Assembly (NCBI GenBank): GCA_040954595.2
Contig: CM082584.2
Span: 1,040,281 to 1,104,280 of the forward strand
Reading direction: 5' to 3'
Length of the DNA: 64,000 nt
Source: Balanoglossus misakiensis
Lineage: Eukaryota > Animalia > Hemichordata
Shown here: positions 22,254 through 35,632 of the stretch, piece by piece
Numbering within the stretch: the stretch's first letter is position 1
Layout of the letters: each line of letters opens with the position of its first letter
Program-made: the position numbers and the translations under genes
The notes under the pieces: generated by a model
The model's input: only the letters and a program-made list of their open reading frames with translations
What the model was told of the DNA's origin: nothing
The model's database searches: none

Positions 22254-24708
22254 TTGTCATGTTTGTCAGTTGGTCGGAAAACCTAATCAATCTGTTCCTG
22301 TCGCTCCGTTGAAACCCATCCCTGCCTTCGATGAACCGTTTAGTAAGATTCTGATTGATTGTGTAGGGCCTCTGCCAAAAACTAGATCTAGGAATCAGTA
22401 TTTGCTGACTATTATGTGTATGTCTACGCGTTTTCCTGAGGCGATTCCACTTCGGAACATAACGGCTCCAGTGATTGCCGGAGCACTGTCACGTTTCTTT
22501 GCATGGGTTGGATTTCCACGAGAGATTCAATCTGACCAGGCAACTAATTTTATGTCTGGGTTATTTCAGCAGCTAGTTTATCACATGGGGATAAATCAGG
22601 TTAAATCCAGTGCGTATCATCCAGAGTCGCAGGGGGCTTTAGAGAGGTTCCATTCTACCTTGAAAAATATGATTCGAGTGTATTGTTTCAACAATGACAA
22701 GGATTGGGACGAAGGGGTGCATTTGTTGCTTTTTGCAGTTCGAGAGTCTGTTCAGGAGTCGTTGGGGTTTAGTCCATTTGAATTGATATTCGGCCATCGA
22801 GTGCGCGGTCCTCTTAAATTGCTGAAGGAACAATGGCTTGACGACAGTCCATCGGGTATGACCTTGTTGAAGTATGTGTCCACATTTAAATCCAGACTCA
22901 GTGAGGCATGTGAACTTGCTCGAGCTAATTTGAAATCATCCCAAAATAAAATGAAACACTTGTACGATAGGGTAGCGAAGAGTCGCGCCTTTAAACCTGG
23001 TGACAAAGTATTAGCGTTGTTGCCCATAACCGGAAATGCTTTGAGCGCACGTTTTCATGGTCCGTATAAAATTCTAGAGAAGGTTGATGATGTAAATTAT
23101 GTAATTGAAACTCCTGATCGTCGAAAGGCGACACAATTATGTCATATAAACATGTTAAAGCTTTATCGTAATGAAAACCATGTACATAATGTATTGCCTA
23201 TAATGTCTCCAGAAGTAGATCATGAAACAGACTCGACATATGTAGCAGTTGCTGACGTTAAGAGCGACCATGATGTAAAATTGAAAAACTCAGAGCTGTT
23301 GAGTAATCGGGATACTTTATTGGGGCATTTGTCACCTGACCACAGGAAAGATATTAGTCAGTTATTAGATAAGTATGTCGATTTGTTTCCTGATGTGCCG
23401 AAGAGGACTAATGTGTGTTTTCATGATGTAGATGTGGGAAATACCAGACCCATCAAACAACATCCATATCGGGTGAACCCTGAGAAGCTTGAGAAAATTC
23501 GGGGTGAAATTAAATATATGTTGAATAATGATATCATCGAAACTAGCAATAGCTGTTGGGCTTCGCCATGTCTTTTGGTGGATAAGCCTGATGGCGGTGT
23601 AAGATTTTGTACTGATTACAGGAAAGTTAATGCCATCACCAAAACTGATTCTTATCCCATCCCTCGGATTGATGACTGTATAGATCGCATTGGTAAAGCA
23701 CAGTATATAACTACTTTAGACTTGCTTAAAGGTTATTGGTGTGTTCCATTGACTGAAAGAGCCAAGGAGATATCTGCTTTTGCCACACCAGATGGTTTGT
23801 ATCAGTATAAAGTTATGCCTTTTGGCATGAAAAATTCTGGAGCTACTTTTCAACGAATGATGAATTCATGTGTAGAAGGGATGAAAGAAACAGATCCCTA
23901 TATCGATGACATTGCCTCATATGGTGGTGTACTTTGGTCTGAACATCTAGCATCACTTGACAAATTGTTTGACCGATTGCGACGAGATAACTTGACTGTA
24001 AATTTGAGTAAATGTCAATTCGGAAAGGCTAAAGTTAGGTATTTAGGCCATATTGTGGGGGGAGGTGAAGTGGCTCCTCTTACTGCTAAGATTAAAGATA
24101 TTGTTGAATATCCGGTGCCAGTAAATCGACGTGGTTTAATGCGTTTCTTGGGGATGGCCGGTTACTACAGGAAATTTTGTAGAAACTTTTCTGAAGTGGC
24201 TGCCCCTCTAACCAATTTGTTAAAGAAGGGCAGAAAATTTGAATGGTCTTCGTCATGTCAGATATCATTTGACAAAGTCAAATCGTTGCTGTGTACTGTA
24301 CCAGTGTTGAAAGCACCCGACTTTACCAAACCATTCGCATTGAATGTAGACGCGAGTGACGTGGGAGCTGGGGCTGTATTACTTCAATTTGATGGTGCTA
24401 ATGTGGCACACTCAGTTGCTTATTTTTCTAGGAAATTTAATTCTTGTCAACAGAATTACTCTACTATCGAGAAGGAAGCCCTTGCTTTAGTCTTAGCAGT
24501 TCAGCACTTTGAAATCTATGTAACTTCATCTGGGAAACCCGTTGTAGTTTTTACAGACCATAATCCGCTGGTATTCTTGCATAAGATGAGAAATAAGAAT
24601 CGACGATTGCTTAATTGGAGTTTGTTGTTACAAGAATATGACTTGGAGATTAGGCACATTCGGGGAAAAGATAATGTATGCGCCGATGCTTTATCCCGTA
24701 TGTATTAA
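22254..24708 (+). CDS. pol: Pol part 2 of Gmr1-like Gypsy: integrase core, RT, RNase H (open frame)
   Basis: IDCVGPLP..QSDQATNF..HPESQGALERFH (DDE); GPY; then WASP, DYRKVN, LDLLKGYW, MPFG, YIDD, YLGH; DASDVG, YSTIEKE, TDHNPL, ADALSR. Confidence 0.95.
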
Positions 24709-24886
24709 TTAACTGTAATTGACTGGTGTATATATCTCTCATGAAAGATATATTTTGCTACTTAAGAGGAAAATATTTAAAGTTGTAAAAAAAAAAAAAG
24801 TATATATTGTATTTGTAAATCTAGAGTTAGAATTCTTAGAAATTTTGGAATCTTCAATACCAAAATTTCTTGTTCTGGAAGGGGGG

Positions 24887-25620
24887 TGTGACGATATTCT
24901 GTGATATAGCATAATTGTATGTACTTGTAATTGTCTCTCTAGAGTTTACGCCCTCGGTGGTGAGATTTAGTATATTGAATACGTGTGTTTTAGTAGCTTG
25001 GGGAGTCTTGAGGACCACCTGGTCTGACTACTTCCTAGGGGATTTGATAGGATGGCAGCCATAGCGTTTGACGTGTATGATTTTGGATCCATAGACATCC
25101 TCCAACCATGTGAGTTTTGACTATCACTTTTCATCTCAACCTGTGGTATATTTTAATAACCCAGCACACTACACTGAATTGATGTCGAGATGTTCTGAAA
25201 TTGGGCGTTTAGCCGTACGGAACTTTGATCTGTCAATGGACATTGCTGGTGTGGAATGAATGTGCGGTGACGTCTCGGTGTACTTTGGCAAGTGCACGAA
25301 GAGTATCTGCGTCGCGGTCAAGTCGGACAGGAGGAAGACCTGGATGAATTACCAGACTCCACATGCATGCCAACGAGGACGATGTTTGTCGGACTTTATT
25401 TATTAGATTTAAGTTAAGTTAAGATAAGTTAAGATTGTAACGGATTATTTTCATAAGTTTGACCACGTGGCGTTTTGATTGTCATGTCTGTATATGGTAT
25501 TTTGATGTACGGGTAATATTTTCATGATTAGTAATTAAATCCCCAGGTGGAATATATTTTCGTAGATTTGATCGTTCGATTCGATTTGTCTAGTTCACGT
25601 ATAGCCGTCGATGCGTGACA
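24887..25620 (+). repeat. 3' LTR of Gmr1-like Gypsy, preceded by PPT GGAAGGGGGG (24877-24886)
   Basis: Direct repeat of 15451-16184. Confidence 0.96.
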
Positions 25621-26404
25621 GACGACTATGCCTCGAAGCAAAAGACACAGCCGACCCTGCCACGCAGATTCATTTGTTGTGTCACACATTTTCGATCCAA
25701 GAAGAGAATATCAACCTTGACGTTGCGAAAATGACAAGAAACTTTCACTCATATAGGTTGTGTGATTACTTACCCGCAACTTGTTGGGAATTGCTGTCAC
25801 CAGAGGTGCCCACAGCGTGAAAGCCAGAATGACTGCGACGCCTGCATTGGAGTTCGTCATGAATGGAAACATCGATGAACACGTTCGGTCTTCGATGAGG
25901 CTAGTGTCCACAGAATAGGCATTCTTTTATAACGCAGCTGGGAGGTGGTAAATCCATTGTGATCACCATGCTATTAGTAGCCCAAGCAGTCAAAATTTGC
26001 GAAAAATATATAAATATGGAAAAAATATATCAATGGGATCAATAGTTATTAAGCACTTTTTAAAAACAAATGACACCGTAAGATCAATTATCTTGTTTTC
26101 CGCGACAAGTTTCAACATGGTATGTCAGCGCTACCAGTGAATAATATTATTAGAAACTATGACAGCTGTAACCGTGCGATTAATGATTTCATCAATTTTA
26201 ATCATATACTTGTGAATATTTGCGCGGGTGCTGGTTTAATAAACTGTGTTGATATATAGGTGGAAGACTGTTTAGTTTTCCAGTCAATTATGTGATGTAT
26301 TACGCCTGACGCTTAAATGATTTGGTCTAGGGAGAATAACCGCGTTTGGCCGGTCAAGCGAACCCTGGATCTTGCAGGCTCTGCCCACTTTCCAATCAAC
26401 AACC

Positions 26405-28692
26405 ATTGAGCATGCGCAGTTGATACTTCACATTGTAAACAAGATGGCGTCGCTGTATATGCTTCTGGACCGCTGTCGCCCGACTATGTCGGCAAAGAAG
26501 AGGCGAATTTAACCAAGCAACGCCATATCGGAAGATAGAATGATCGCGAGATGAAACCGGGATATCCAACGATTTGGCAGCCATGTTGATTGATTGGTAA
26601 GTCGCCGAAGTAACTATTTGCCATTGATTTGTTTACCAGAAACGGTTTGCCTTTGGAACACATTTGACCTCACCGAAATTGATTTCAGAGTTTTTTCCCA
26701 AGAACTAATGACGTTCGTTTTCACCTTTCTGTCCCGAAGTTGCAAACGTGTTGTCTCTGAGAAAATAAATGTGATTTGTACCCGCGATAATCATAGTTCG
26801 GATTTCAACCCACAACATCAGCGCCAGCCATTCACCAACATGTGCCAGATAATGTTTATCAGTCATATTTTCTCAGTCTGAATTTACAAAAGACTAATTG
26901 TATATTATGCACATTGCAATTTTAATATGTAACACGTTTGACCTGAGTGGGAGAATGGATTGAAGGGACACAAGCTTTTGTAGCCACTTATATTTTGACA
27001 CTGTTTATATAAATGTTGAGCTGGCATATTTGTTCCCTTATGATGTAGTGTACCTGTTGCATTGAAATGAAGCTGTAATATTAAAGTGCAATTTAGTCCT
27101 TTGGTTTACTGGGAAAATGAGGTCAATAAATGACAGGTTTATTTAGATATATGATATATTTCTCACAAGCACTTATGCATATGTATGAGATACTTATTTA
27201 TTTTTAATTTATGTATTTATTTTTAATTTATTTTGTATGTTCAGGTAATCATATGGATTTGTATGGAATCACATACACATTAATTAAAGACTATCATATC
27301 ACAGAAGTCGAGCCTCAACATGTGTAAGGTAACCATTTAGGTTTCATGACTAAGTTTGTTTAAGAATTCATAAAGCACGAATTCTACCTAATGAATGAAT
27401 TTTCTTAGAATTTCACAACTGTGACAGGGTTTGCAGTTATACGAAAAAGTGTTATTATTCACATACGAAACTTTTAGTATACATTTTTCTGATAGCAATG
27501 CATTTAACTTTGAACAAATATTGACGTCAGTTAGTAGTGCTATTTTGTCAGTGAAATTGCTTCATCATCATCCCTCCAACCAAAGTTGAAACTGAGTTGC
27601 AAATATTGCACAGCTTGAAATCATAAAATGTTGCAAAATTGAACCAACCATTCGGTCAACGATTATGTTCTTACAGCTATTATTAGAAGCAGACAGTCTC
27701 AGGGAACAAGAGACATGGGCCTGATTTGCAAACTGAGTTGGAACTAACCTTGCCTGCCCATGGATGCGCCAATTCAGTGAATCTTATCGTATTAAAAATG
27801 AATATGGAGAACTATTCTCTGTGTTGTGATTGTTAGCCTACATGTATACATATGTACCTTGAGTGATTCCACTTTCTTCAGTGTCCTGTGAATTCAGTTG
27901 CCATAACTTGCGCTTCACACAGCGCATACATGTAGGTCTAATCAATTGGGCAACTGGGTCTTACAATATTATCTGATGCCTCTTACTGGCCGAAGGACCA
28001 CAAGTTGCATTTTCATATCGCATATAAATAGAAAACCCATTAATTTCTACTGTATGATTTTATTGACGATTCAATAGTTTCATGACTGTTAGTGTTAATT
28101 ACAATACCTAAATTCCCAAATGAAAGCATGCTGTCAGTTTTCATGTGATTGATATTAATTTTACAATTTCAAAATATGCTTAGCTCTGAATGATTATGAA
28201 CATATCAAACTTCATGTTAAATAAACTGTCTTGATATTGTATACATTAAGGCCTACTACCAGTGTCACAACATTGATTTCCTGCATTTTTGCTCATGCCT
28301 TCTGACCAGTCAGTTGCCTCTGTATGTGTGTATGTAGTATGTATGGATGTATGTATGTCTGTCCACATCAAAAACTTGAAAACCCCTTCGCGTATCCCCT
28401 TGATATTTGGTGTGTAGATGTAGGCCAGCCTGTAAATAGGATTTTGTTCATATTAAGAAGGTTGAAGTATTTTCATGATTGGTTTTATTTGATTACTCCA
28501 GAAACATACAATACAGAGTCTGTGTGGTAAGTCTTGATATTGGGTTTTTAGATGCAGGCACGCCTGTTCAAATGAAATATGCTAATTACCTGGAGCAATG
28601 TGAAATTGATCAAAACTCAGAAACTCAACAACTGGTCAGATTGCTTTGAACATTTGTATGCATGTAGCCTATGTCACGCCTGATATACTTTC
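26405..28692. repeat. Right arm of the inverted duplication (partner 1-2443)
   Basis: Reverse-complement colinearity. It carries a private ~214-bp insertion at ~26727-26940. Confidence 0.9.
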
Positions 28693-29249
28693 AGCTAATA
28701 TCGTGAATTGTATCTATAATTTAGTAAGCTATTTCCTATAGGTAATCTTTGTTAGTATTGTTTAAATTGTGGCAAAATTTGTAATTTTTGGGAAATATAA
28801 TTTTGTCATTTTTGGTCAAAAATCATTTTCTCTGAAACTCCATGTCAGGTCAGGTTGCATTTAAATTTTGGTTTGCTTGTTCCATGAGGTAACCCAAGTA
28901 ATGTTGTATATCATTTTGGTGAAATTTGCATATTTGTGGTCTTGAGGCAATTTTTGCAATTTGTATTCTTTGAAACCGCATGTCAAATTGCTTTCAATTT
29001 TGGTAGGCATGTTCCTTGTGGTGATTGAAGTGAGATATTGTTGGATTTGTTGATATCTGAATTTTTGTGGTTGAGGCAGTTTTTGTCATTGTTGAAGAAA
29101 TGTTGTTTTCACTGAAAATACTCCGATTCCTGTGAAATTGTATTAGGTTACCTGGTAGGTCATATCTGCTTGGCAATGTCACAGCGGTGTACACACCTAT
29201 TTTTGTGTAATCCAAAGTGTGTAATAACCTAGCAAATATTTACTATTAT

Positions 29250-29558
29250 ATTATACCAGTATATTGATGGTGTAAATCACGCTATTTGATTGGTCGAGAC
29301 ACGACACGTGACCGTGATATATTAGCCATATACCACAGTCATATATCATAGTCAAAGAAAATGCCTTTTTAAAATGTTTTATGCAAAGTTTCAATATACT
29401 GGCATAATATAATAGCAATAAAACACCCCCAGCCATGGTATACCACTCGATTTTGACCAGTTCAACTCCATATACGCACTCGCTATCGCTCGTGCGTATA
29501 TGTCGTGAACTGGTCAAAATCTCGTGGTATACCATGGCTGGGGGTGTTTTATTGCTTA
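29250..29558. mobile_element. Short non-autonomous element ending in a ~145-bp near-perfect palindrome (29414-29556)
   Basis: AGCAATAAAACACCCCCAGCCATGGTATACCAC...GTGGTATACCATGGCTGGGGGTGTTTTATTGCT. The family is uncertain (Crypton-like by recollection). Confidence 0.65.
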
Positions 29559-30200
29559 AGTAAATCATGTATGTTCTACTTCTTACAAGGTTGAAGTATG
29601 TTGATGTCTGGGTTAAATGGGATTCTTCAGAAACATACAATACAGAGTCTGTGGTACAGTTCATGGTCACATTCAGAATTACCTAGTCTATATCCAGCCG
29701 TGTTCTGTCCGCTTTGCTTCCAAAAGTATCGTCTAGTGTCATGCATGCCACTTGCCCAATAATCTGACACCCCTTGCTGGGAAATTTGATGTAACAAGTG
29801 TCCCTTAGTGAAATTATTAACATAAACTGAACAATGTTGATTTGGCGTAAGATTATAGTGAAGGCAGGGCTTATTACATTGAAAATGCTATCCAGCCTTA
29901 ATTACACATTATGAATATCCTTTGTCCAATCATTGGAAAAACAATGTACCGTAGACTTGCATAGCACTTTGAAGGTGAATCGCAAGTGGTCACTTTAATT
30001 ACATTACCTCAAGCAGTCTTTTACATGTAGCTATAATAAGACAAACATTCCCGGTGTAATTAACATCACTGTTGTTATTAGTATCTATCTCCGATAAGTA
30101 TCAAGTCTGCCTTATGTTATTTTAAGTCAATTGTCAGGTTCATGTACATATTTTACAACTTATCTATCTTGTCAAAAACTTTCGCATGTACCTAATTCTA

Positions 30201-31398
30201 GGCTTACCAGTAGGGTTATAGATACAGTGTATTATATTAACATGCATTAATATGAAACTAAATGTTGATGGTTAATTAAAGACCCCCTTGAGCTATGGTA
30301 ACCTCATTAAATATGTGCATATCTTATTCTAGAGGATGTGGTAACCTGGACATGGACAACTCTGGGGTCAAAATCTTTTGACAAACTTTTGGGTGATCTT
30401 GGGTAAACTTTGACCTACATTCCTATATCTTGGCATCCGGCACAGATACATCCTTGACACTTGGAGTTATTGAACTATGTAATGGAATATTATGTCTTGT
30501 CTCATTAATTATGTACATACCTAATGCCAGCCTAACCAATAGGGCTGGAAGTCTGCCTTTTTTTGGACATGATACATTTGAGATCAACATTTTTCTACAG
30601 CAGCCAGCCTTCTCTTAAAAAGAATGGACAATATAAAGGCTTTGCTGGTATACTGAACTTTGGACTCCCTCCCTGAGACTGTGTGCCAATGACGGGATAG
30701 CCTACTCAGCGTTGGGTAGATCCTAAGAAGGCCTCAGCCAGGCATCAGATACAAAAAGCGGAAATCCAAGCTTTAATGGTGGGTTACATCGTTAACTTCC
30801 CTGCAGAGCTGATTTCTCAGACTGTGAGCCAATGACGGGTAAAGCCCCTAGGTAGGGGCCACCTAAGACAGGCCGGTCATGCTTTAGTCACAAAGAAGGG
30901 CAAGTTCAGTCATACCATAACGTTGTCTGCTGTATATGCTTCATAATGATTGCATGGTATTTTGAGAATACATTGTCTTAAGGCAGTGTGACCAGCTAAA
31001 AAGTACTGGAAAACACAGCCAATGTGTAATAAAAAACATCTAATTTGGCTGAATAAAAGACATAAAACACAGCAAAAGCACTGTGACTAGCTGAGACATA
31101 ATACTCCATTATGCATTTCCATCACTCCAAGTGTCAAGGTTGCATCTGCTCTGGATGCCAAGATATAGTAATGTTGGTCAAGGTTTACCCAAAGTCACCC
31201 AAAGTTCTGTCAAACAATTTTGACCCCAATGTTGTCCATGTTTAGGTTTCTCCCTCCACTGGATAGCCTACAATTAGATATGCAAATATTTAATGACGTT
31301 ACCATAGATTAAGGCGGTCCTAAATTAACCATGAAATTATAGTTTCATGTTAATTCTTGTTATTACAAAACACTGTATCTATAACCCTTCTGGAAGCC
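30201..31398. mobile_element. Old MITE/foldback element with ~280-bp diverged TIRs
   Basis: 30201-30480 (GGCTTACCAGTAGGGTTATAGATACAGTG...) is inverted at 31120-31398 (...CACTGTATCTATAACCCTTCTGGAAGCC). Confidence 0.75.
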
Positions 31399-32152
31399 AT
31401 ACTTTTTTTCATGCTACCCAATATGTGAAAGTAGGTAAAAAATCAGCCAAGGTTATTTGAAATTTTGCTGAAAAAAATCCGGTCCCTGACATTTGGTAAA
31501 GGAGTCAAGACACTTGGCAACAAATTTTTGTCCCAGATTAGAACATATTCATAAAAAACTCAGGGAAAGAAGGAAGTTTTTCACAGCTTTGGTGCTTCAA
31601 ATAGTAGAGAGGTTCCCAAGTTATTTCAATGAAACCTTAATGTCAACATTACATCGTTAGACTCGAACTCATCTGGCATAAAGCTGCTAGTTAAAGCCCT
31701 AAGGGTTGTGCCACTTTTTCATTATTTTCATCTAAGATTTGTCAATCTAAATAAGCTTACTGCTAGGTATACATCTACATGAACATCTTGTTGACAGACG
31801 ATTGTGGCTGTAATTTAAAGAAGTCAGATATTTAACAGGTACCACACCTGTTTAATCTGCCTCTATACAAAGGGTACACATCTATAGTGGTATGCATCAC
31901 CTAGATATGACAAACATAAGCACTACAAGTAATATGGCTTTATGGTGGCGATTTTGAAGGATGTGGAGAAGATTTGAAAAACACTCTTGAGGAAAAAGAT
32001 GTTAAATCTTTGAAATGTGTTTTATTCTTTGGTTCCCATTTCGTATATGTCTATCTACCACTGGGACCAATGTGAAATTGGTGGAAACTGGTCAAATTGC
32101 TTTAGAAATTGGTGTGTATTCATTTTGAGACCTCATGGATTTTTTTTCATTT

Positions 32153-34506
32153 TTAGCTCACGTGAAAATCACGTGAGCTTATGGTTTAGCGATGTCTGTG
32201 TGTGTGTGTGTGTATGTATGTATGTGTGTGTGTGTCTGTCTGTATACCCGATATCTCAAGAACCGCTGAACCGATTTCAACCAAATTTAGTACACAGGTT
32301 CAGATATCATATGGCAAGAACTGAAAATGTTTTGGTGGGTGTAGCTTTGATATTAATGAAGTTATTTAAGTTTTAATTTTTCTATTACATGGTTGTCTAT
32401 GTGAGCTTTCGTTAATGCCGCATATATGACCAGTGGAAACGATAGTTTGAGGAGATCGACTGTTTGAGGGCGCTGTGAAATGAGACATTCCTGGCGATAT
32501 TGCCGTTGTTCTGTCCATGCTCAGACGATGTACCCGTCGTTACGAATAACTTCCCTACGTGAATCCACAAGGAAGCTAACGTTGTTTAGTTGCTTCATAG
32601 AGCGTAAATTGTTAATCTACAGGACTGTCAGACGAATACTCTTTTCAAATGAAGTTTGAAACTACTTACGAGTAAGTTAGTGGAGACAATATATGGCGGA
32701 TAGTTGGCGTGCAGCCGAATCCGCGTTATGACTATGACGTGACCCATTCATCAAGACAAACCGTAAATGATTCACGCATATTGTGGTCCTCACGCAGTCA
32801 ATCTCAAAATGTCACCAGGCTTTCTATTTGTCTATTGTTCAGAGAAAAATAACGTGGCGGTTGATCACACTCAACAGTAAAATCCGTTTTGTGAGTTTAT
32901 AGACAGTCTGTTATCGCCAATACTATATAGCGATTGCTAGATGGCTTACCCAATATGTGATCGAGCGAGAATGATAACATTGAATGTCTGTTCAGATCTC
33001 ATTCCGTACGTCATACGTCAACATTTCGATTTCGATTTAATCCATTCATAAAGAATTTAGAGAAAGTCGTCTTGAATTGTGACCCCGACTATCAATTTTA
33101 CGATGATTTTTTGGCGACGGAATACACGAGACGCCATTGCATAACTACGTCAGCTGGACTTCCAAGGTTACCATTTTGTGTGTATGGAATCTTATCACAG
33201 AGACTACGTACTTTGACAATATGCCATGCTATATCAATGACGCCCCAGAAAATTTGTCGAAAAATGAATTTGTCTTCTCATGGTGGTGCAATATATTTTA
33301 ATGTCTATTTTGAGGTTGATTTTGGTTTTTGGCTAACATGTATATCAATGTCAGCTTATAGCATAAGTTGGTGTCCGTCGTCTATGTATGTCTGTATGTG
33401 TGCCTCATACAGAATTATGTATTTTGCGAATGGATCAGTTTCGTCTAAATGTATTGATGTATGTATGTGTATGTCCATCAACATCAAAAACTTGAAACTA
33501 CTGATATTTAGTGTGTACATAGAAATTGTTATTGCGAAAAAATGCATACTGGTATTAACTGGAAAAATGTTCAAATAGTCAAAATTGAAAAACTTAATAA
33601 CAGCGGATCAGATTCAGTTAAAAATTGGCGTGCATTGGTGTGCAAGTACTATGGGAAGACCTCGTATGATTTTGTTCAGGTGGAGTCAGTATCTGGCGTT
33701 TGCTATTTTTTATGAATGTTTGGGGGAATTTTCTGCAGTTTTGTTTAAAAAAATTCTTCTCTGAAATTACATGTCCAATTGATTGGAAACTTGGTATGGA
33801 GGTTCATAGGGCTTACCTGAATCACATTTGTGCAAACGGTGGTGAAATTTGCAAAAATGCATTTTTGGGCAATATTTCCTGTTTTTGTCAAAAAATCAAA
33901 TCCCGTGAAACTGTAAGTGCAATTGTTTTGATACTTTGTATTTGGGTTTCTAGGGGTGATCTCAGTCAGATATGATCAAATTGTAAAGAAATTTGCATAA
34001 TTGTATTTTTTGGGAATTCTGCAGGGTTTGGCCAAATAGTCTTCAGTGAAACCACAAGTCCAATTGATTGGAAACTTTGAATGGGAATTCATATATGTGA
34101 TATCAGTCAGATTTGTCTGAATTACCTGTTGTTTGCCAAAATGTCTTCCTTATTGAAACTTGTTAAAGAGGTTCTTAGGCATGAACAGAAATCAGATTTG
34201 TTGAAATCTGGTGAAATATTCATACTTTTTGGTATATTTCTTGCCATTTTTGATTAACGAGTTTTAGAATTCCATAGACTTATCTTTTTATGCAGTTCAG
34301 GATGGGGTACATGACTCATAACCCCTTACAAAAATTGACAAGGCAACAATTCCACAAACATGTTTACATTTCACAATGGTGCAACACACAACCCTTACAC
34401 CATATACACTATAAACCAAATTGGTTTAACACTGGTTTTTCTAATCTTGTTATTCTGTCAACCAATCACAGTACTGCACGTGAGCATATTCAGTTAATAT
34501 CTGGTT
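32153..34506 (+). mobile_element. Helentron-associated (HINE/DINE-1-like) non-autonomous element
   Basis: T-run start, 5' palindrome GCTCACGTGA-AAA-TCACGTGAGC, (GT)/(GTAT) microsatellite, internal A/T-tract repeats, and 3' subterminal CACGTGAGC at ~34478. Confidence 0.55.
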
Positions 34507-35632
34507 TGAAGTATATTTTTGGGGTGATTTTGGTCAAATACTCAAAAACCTCTACTCACAGTTCTTTGAAATTTGGTTTGCAGGTTCCTAGGTGTGTTAT
34601 CACGACATTTTAACAAATCCTATGATGGAACTGTCAATATAGTTTTTGTGGACAATTTTTGCCATTTTTGTTTGATTGCTTTGCAATTTTTTGTTTTGCA
34701 GTTTCCAGGGGATTTTTTTACTGTGATATATCATAAATGTTCTGAAAATGAAAAAATTGTATTTTGGGGGCATAAAAAAAATTCTCAGAAAGTGCATGGT
34801 TGATCACTTTAAAAGTTTAGTAGTGAGTTAATGATATGTGCTTCTTTAGAATGATAATTGAATCAAATCATAGCTGAATTAGTTTTTTTGTTTATTTTGT
34901 TTGATATTTTTTCCTTATACCTCAAAAATTGTTATTATAAAAGGGAAATTACCATTACATAGTTGTTTGCAATTAAGGAGGACCCCCTCCCCCACTGAAA
35001 ATCGTATACACCTTGATCTCTCTATGTCTGTATTCATGTCTGTATGTATGTTTTACAAATGTATGCTCCCAATAAGAGTGAAATGATTTTATTTTATCGT
35101 AATACTTCTAAAGTGATTATTTCCTATGAGATATACAGTCTTATTACCTAATCTTTTCTGAAATTCTACCTCATGCTGTGTATGAAAAGTCTAATATATG
35201 TCATTGTCAAGATCCCCAAAACAGGCTGATATAGTATCACATAACATTTGATAAAAGTATCCCAAACAGTGTGGCAATTTTGGTATACAGAAAAAAAACA
35301 CTAGAATGACAACAGCTACATGTATGTAGGCTAGCAATAGGAACACAGATAACAATTCTCCATATTCATTTTTAAATACGATAAGATTCGCTGAAATTGG
35401 CACATCTGTGTGCAGGCAAAGTCAGTTCCAACTCGGCTTGCAAATCGGACCAATGTCTCTTGTTCGCTGAGACTGTATGGTTCTAGTAATAGCTGTAAGA
35501 ACTTGATCATTGACCAAACTCTTGGTTCAATTTTGCAACATTTTATGATTTCAAGCTGTACATATTTAACTCCGTTTCAACTATGGTTGGAGGGATAATA
35601 ATGGAGCCATTTCACTGACAAAATAGCGCTTA

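Larger units (their letters stand above)
15451..25620 (+). mobile_element. Gypsy LTR retrotransposon, Gmr1-like domain order (gag-PR-INT-RT-RH), interrupted by a nested LTR element
   Basis: 734-bp TG...CA LTRs at 15451-16184 and 24887-25620 with only one difference seen by eye. PBS and PPT are present. Flanks TACG / GACG form an imperfect 4-bp TSD. Confidence 0.95.

Noticed and set aside
15447-25624. TSD mismatch (TACG vs GACG) as evidence of inter-element recombination
   Set aside because: Three of four bases match, so a single substitution is the simpler explanation.
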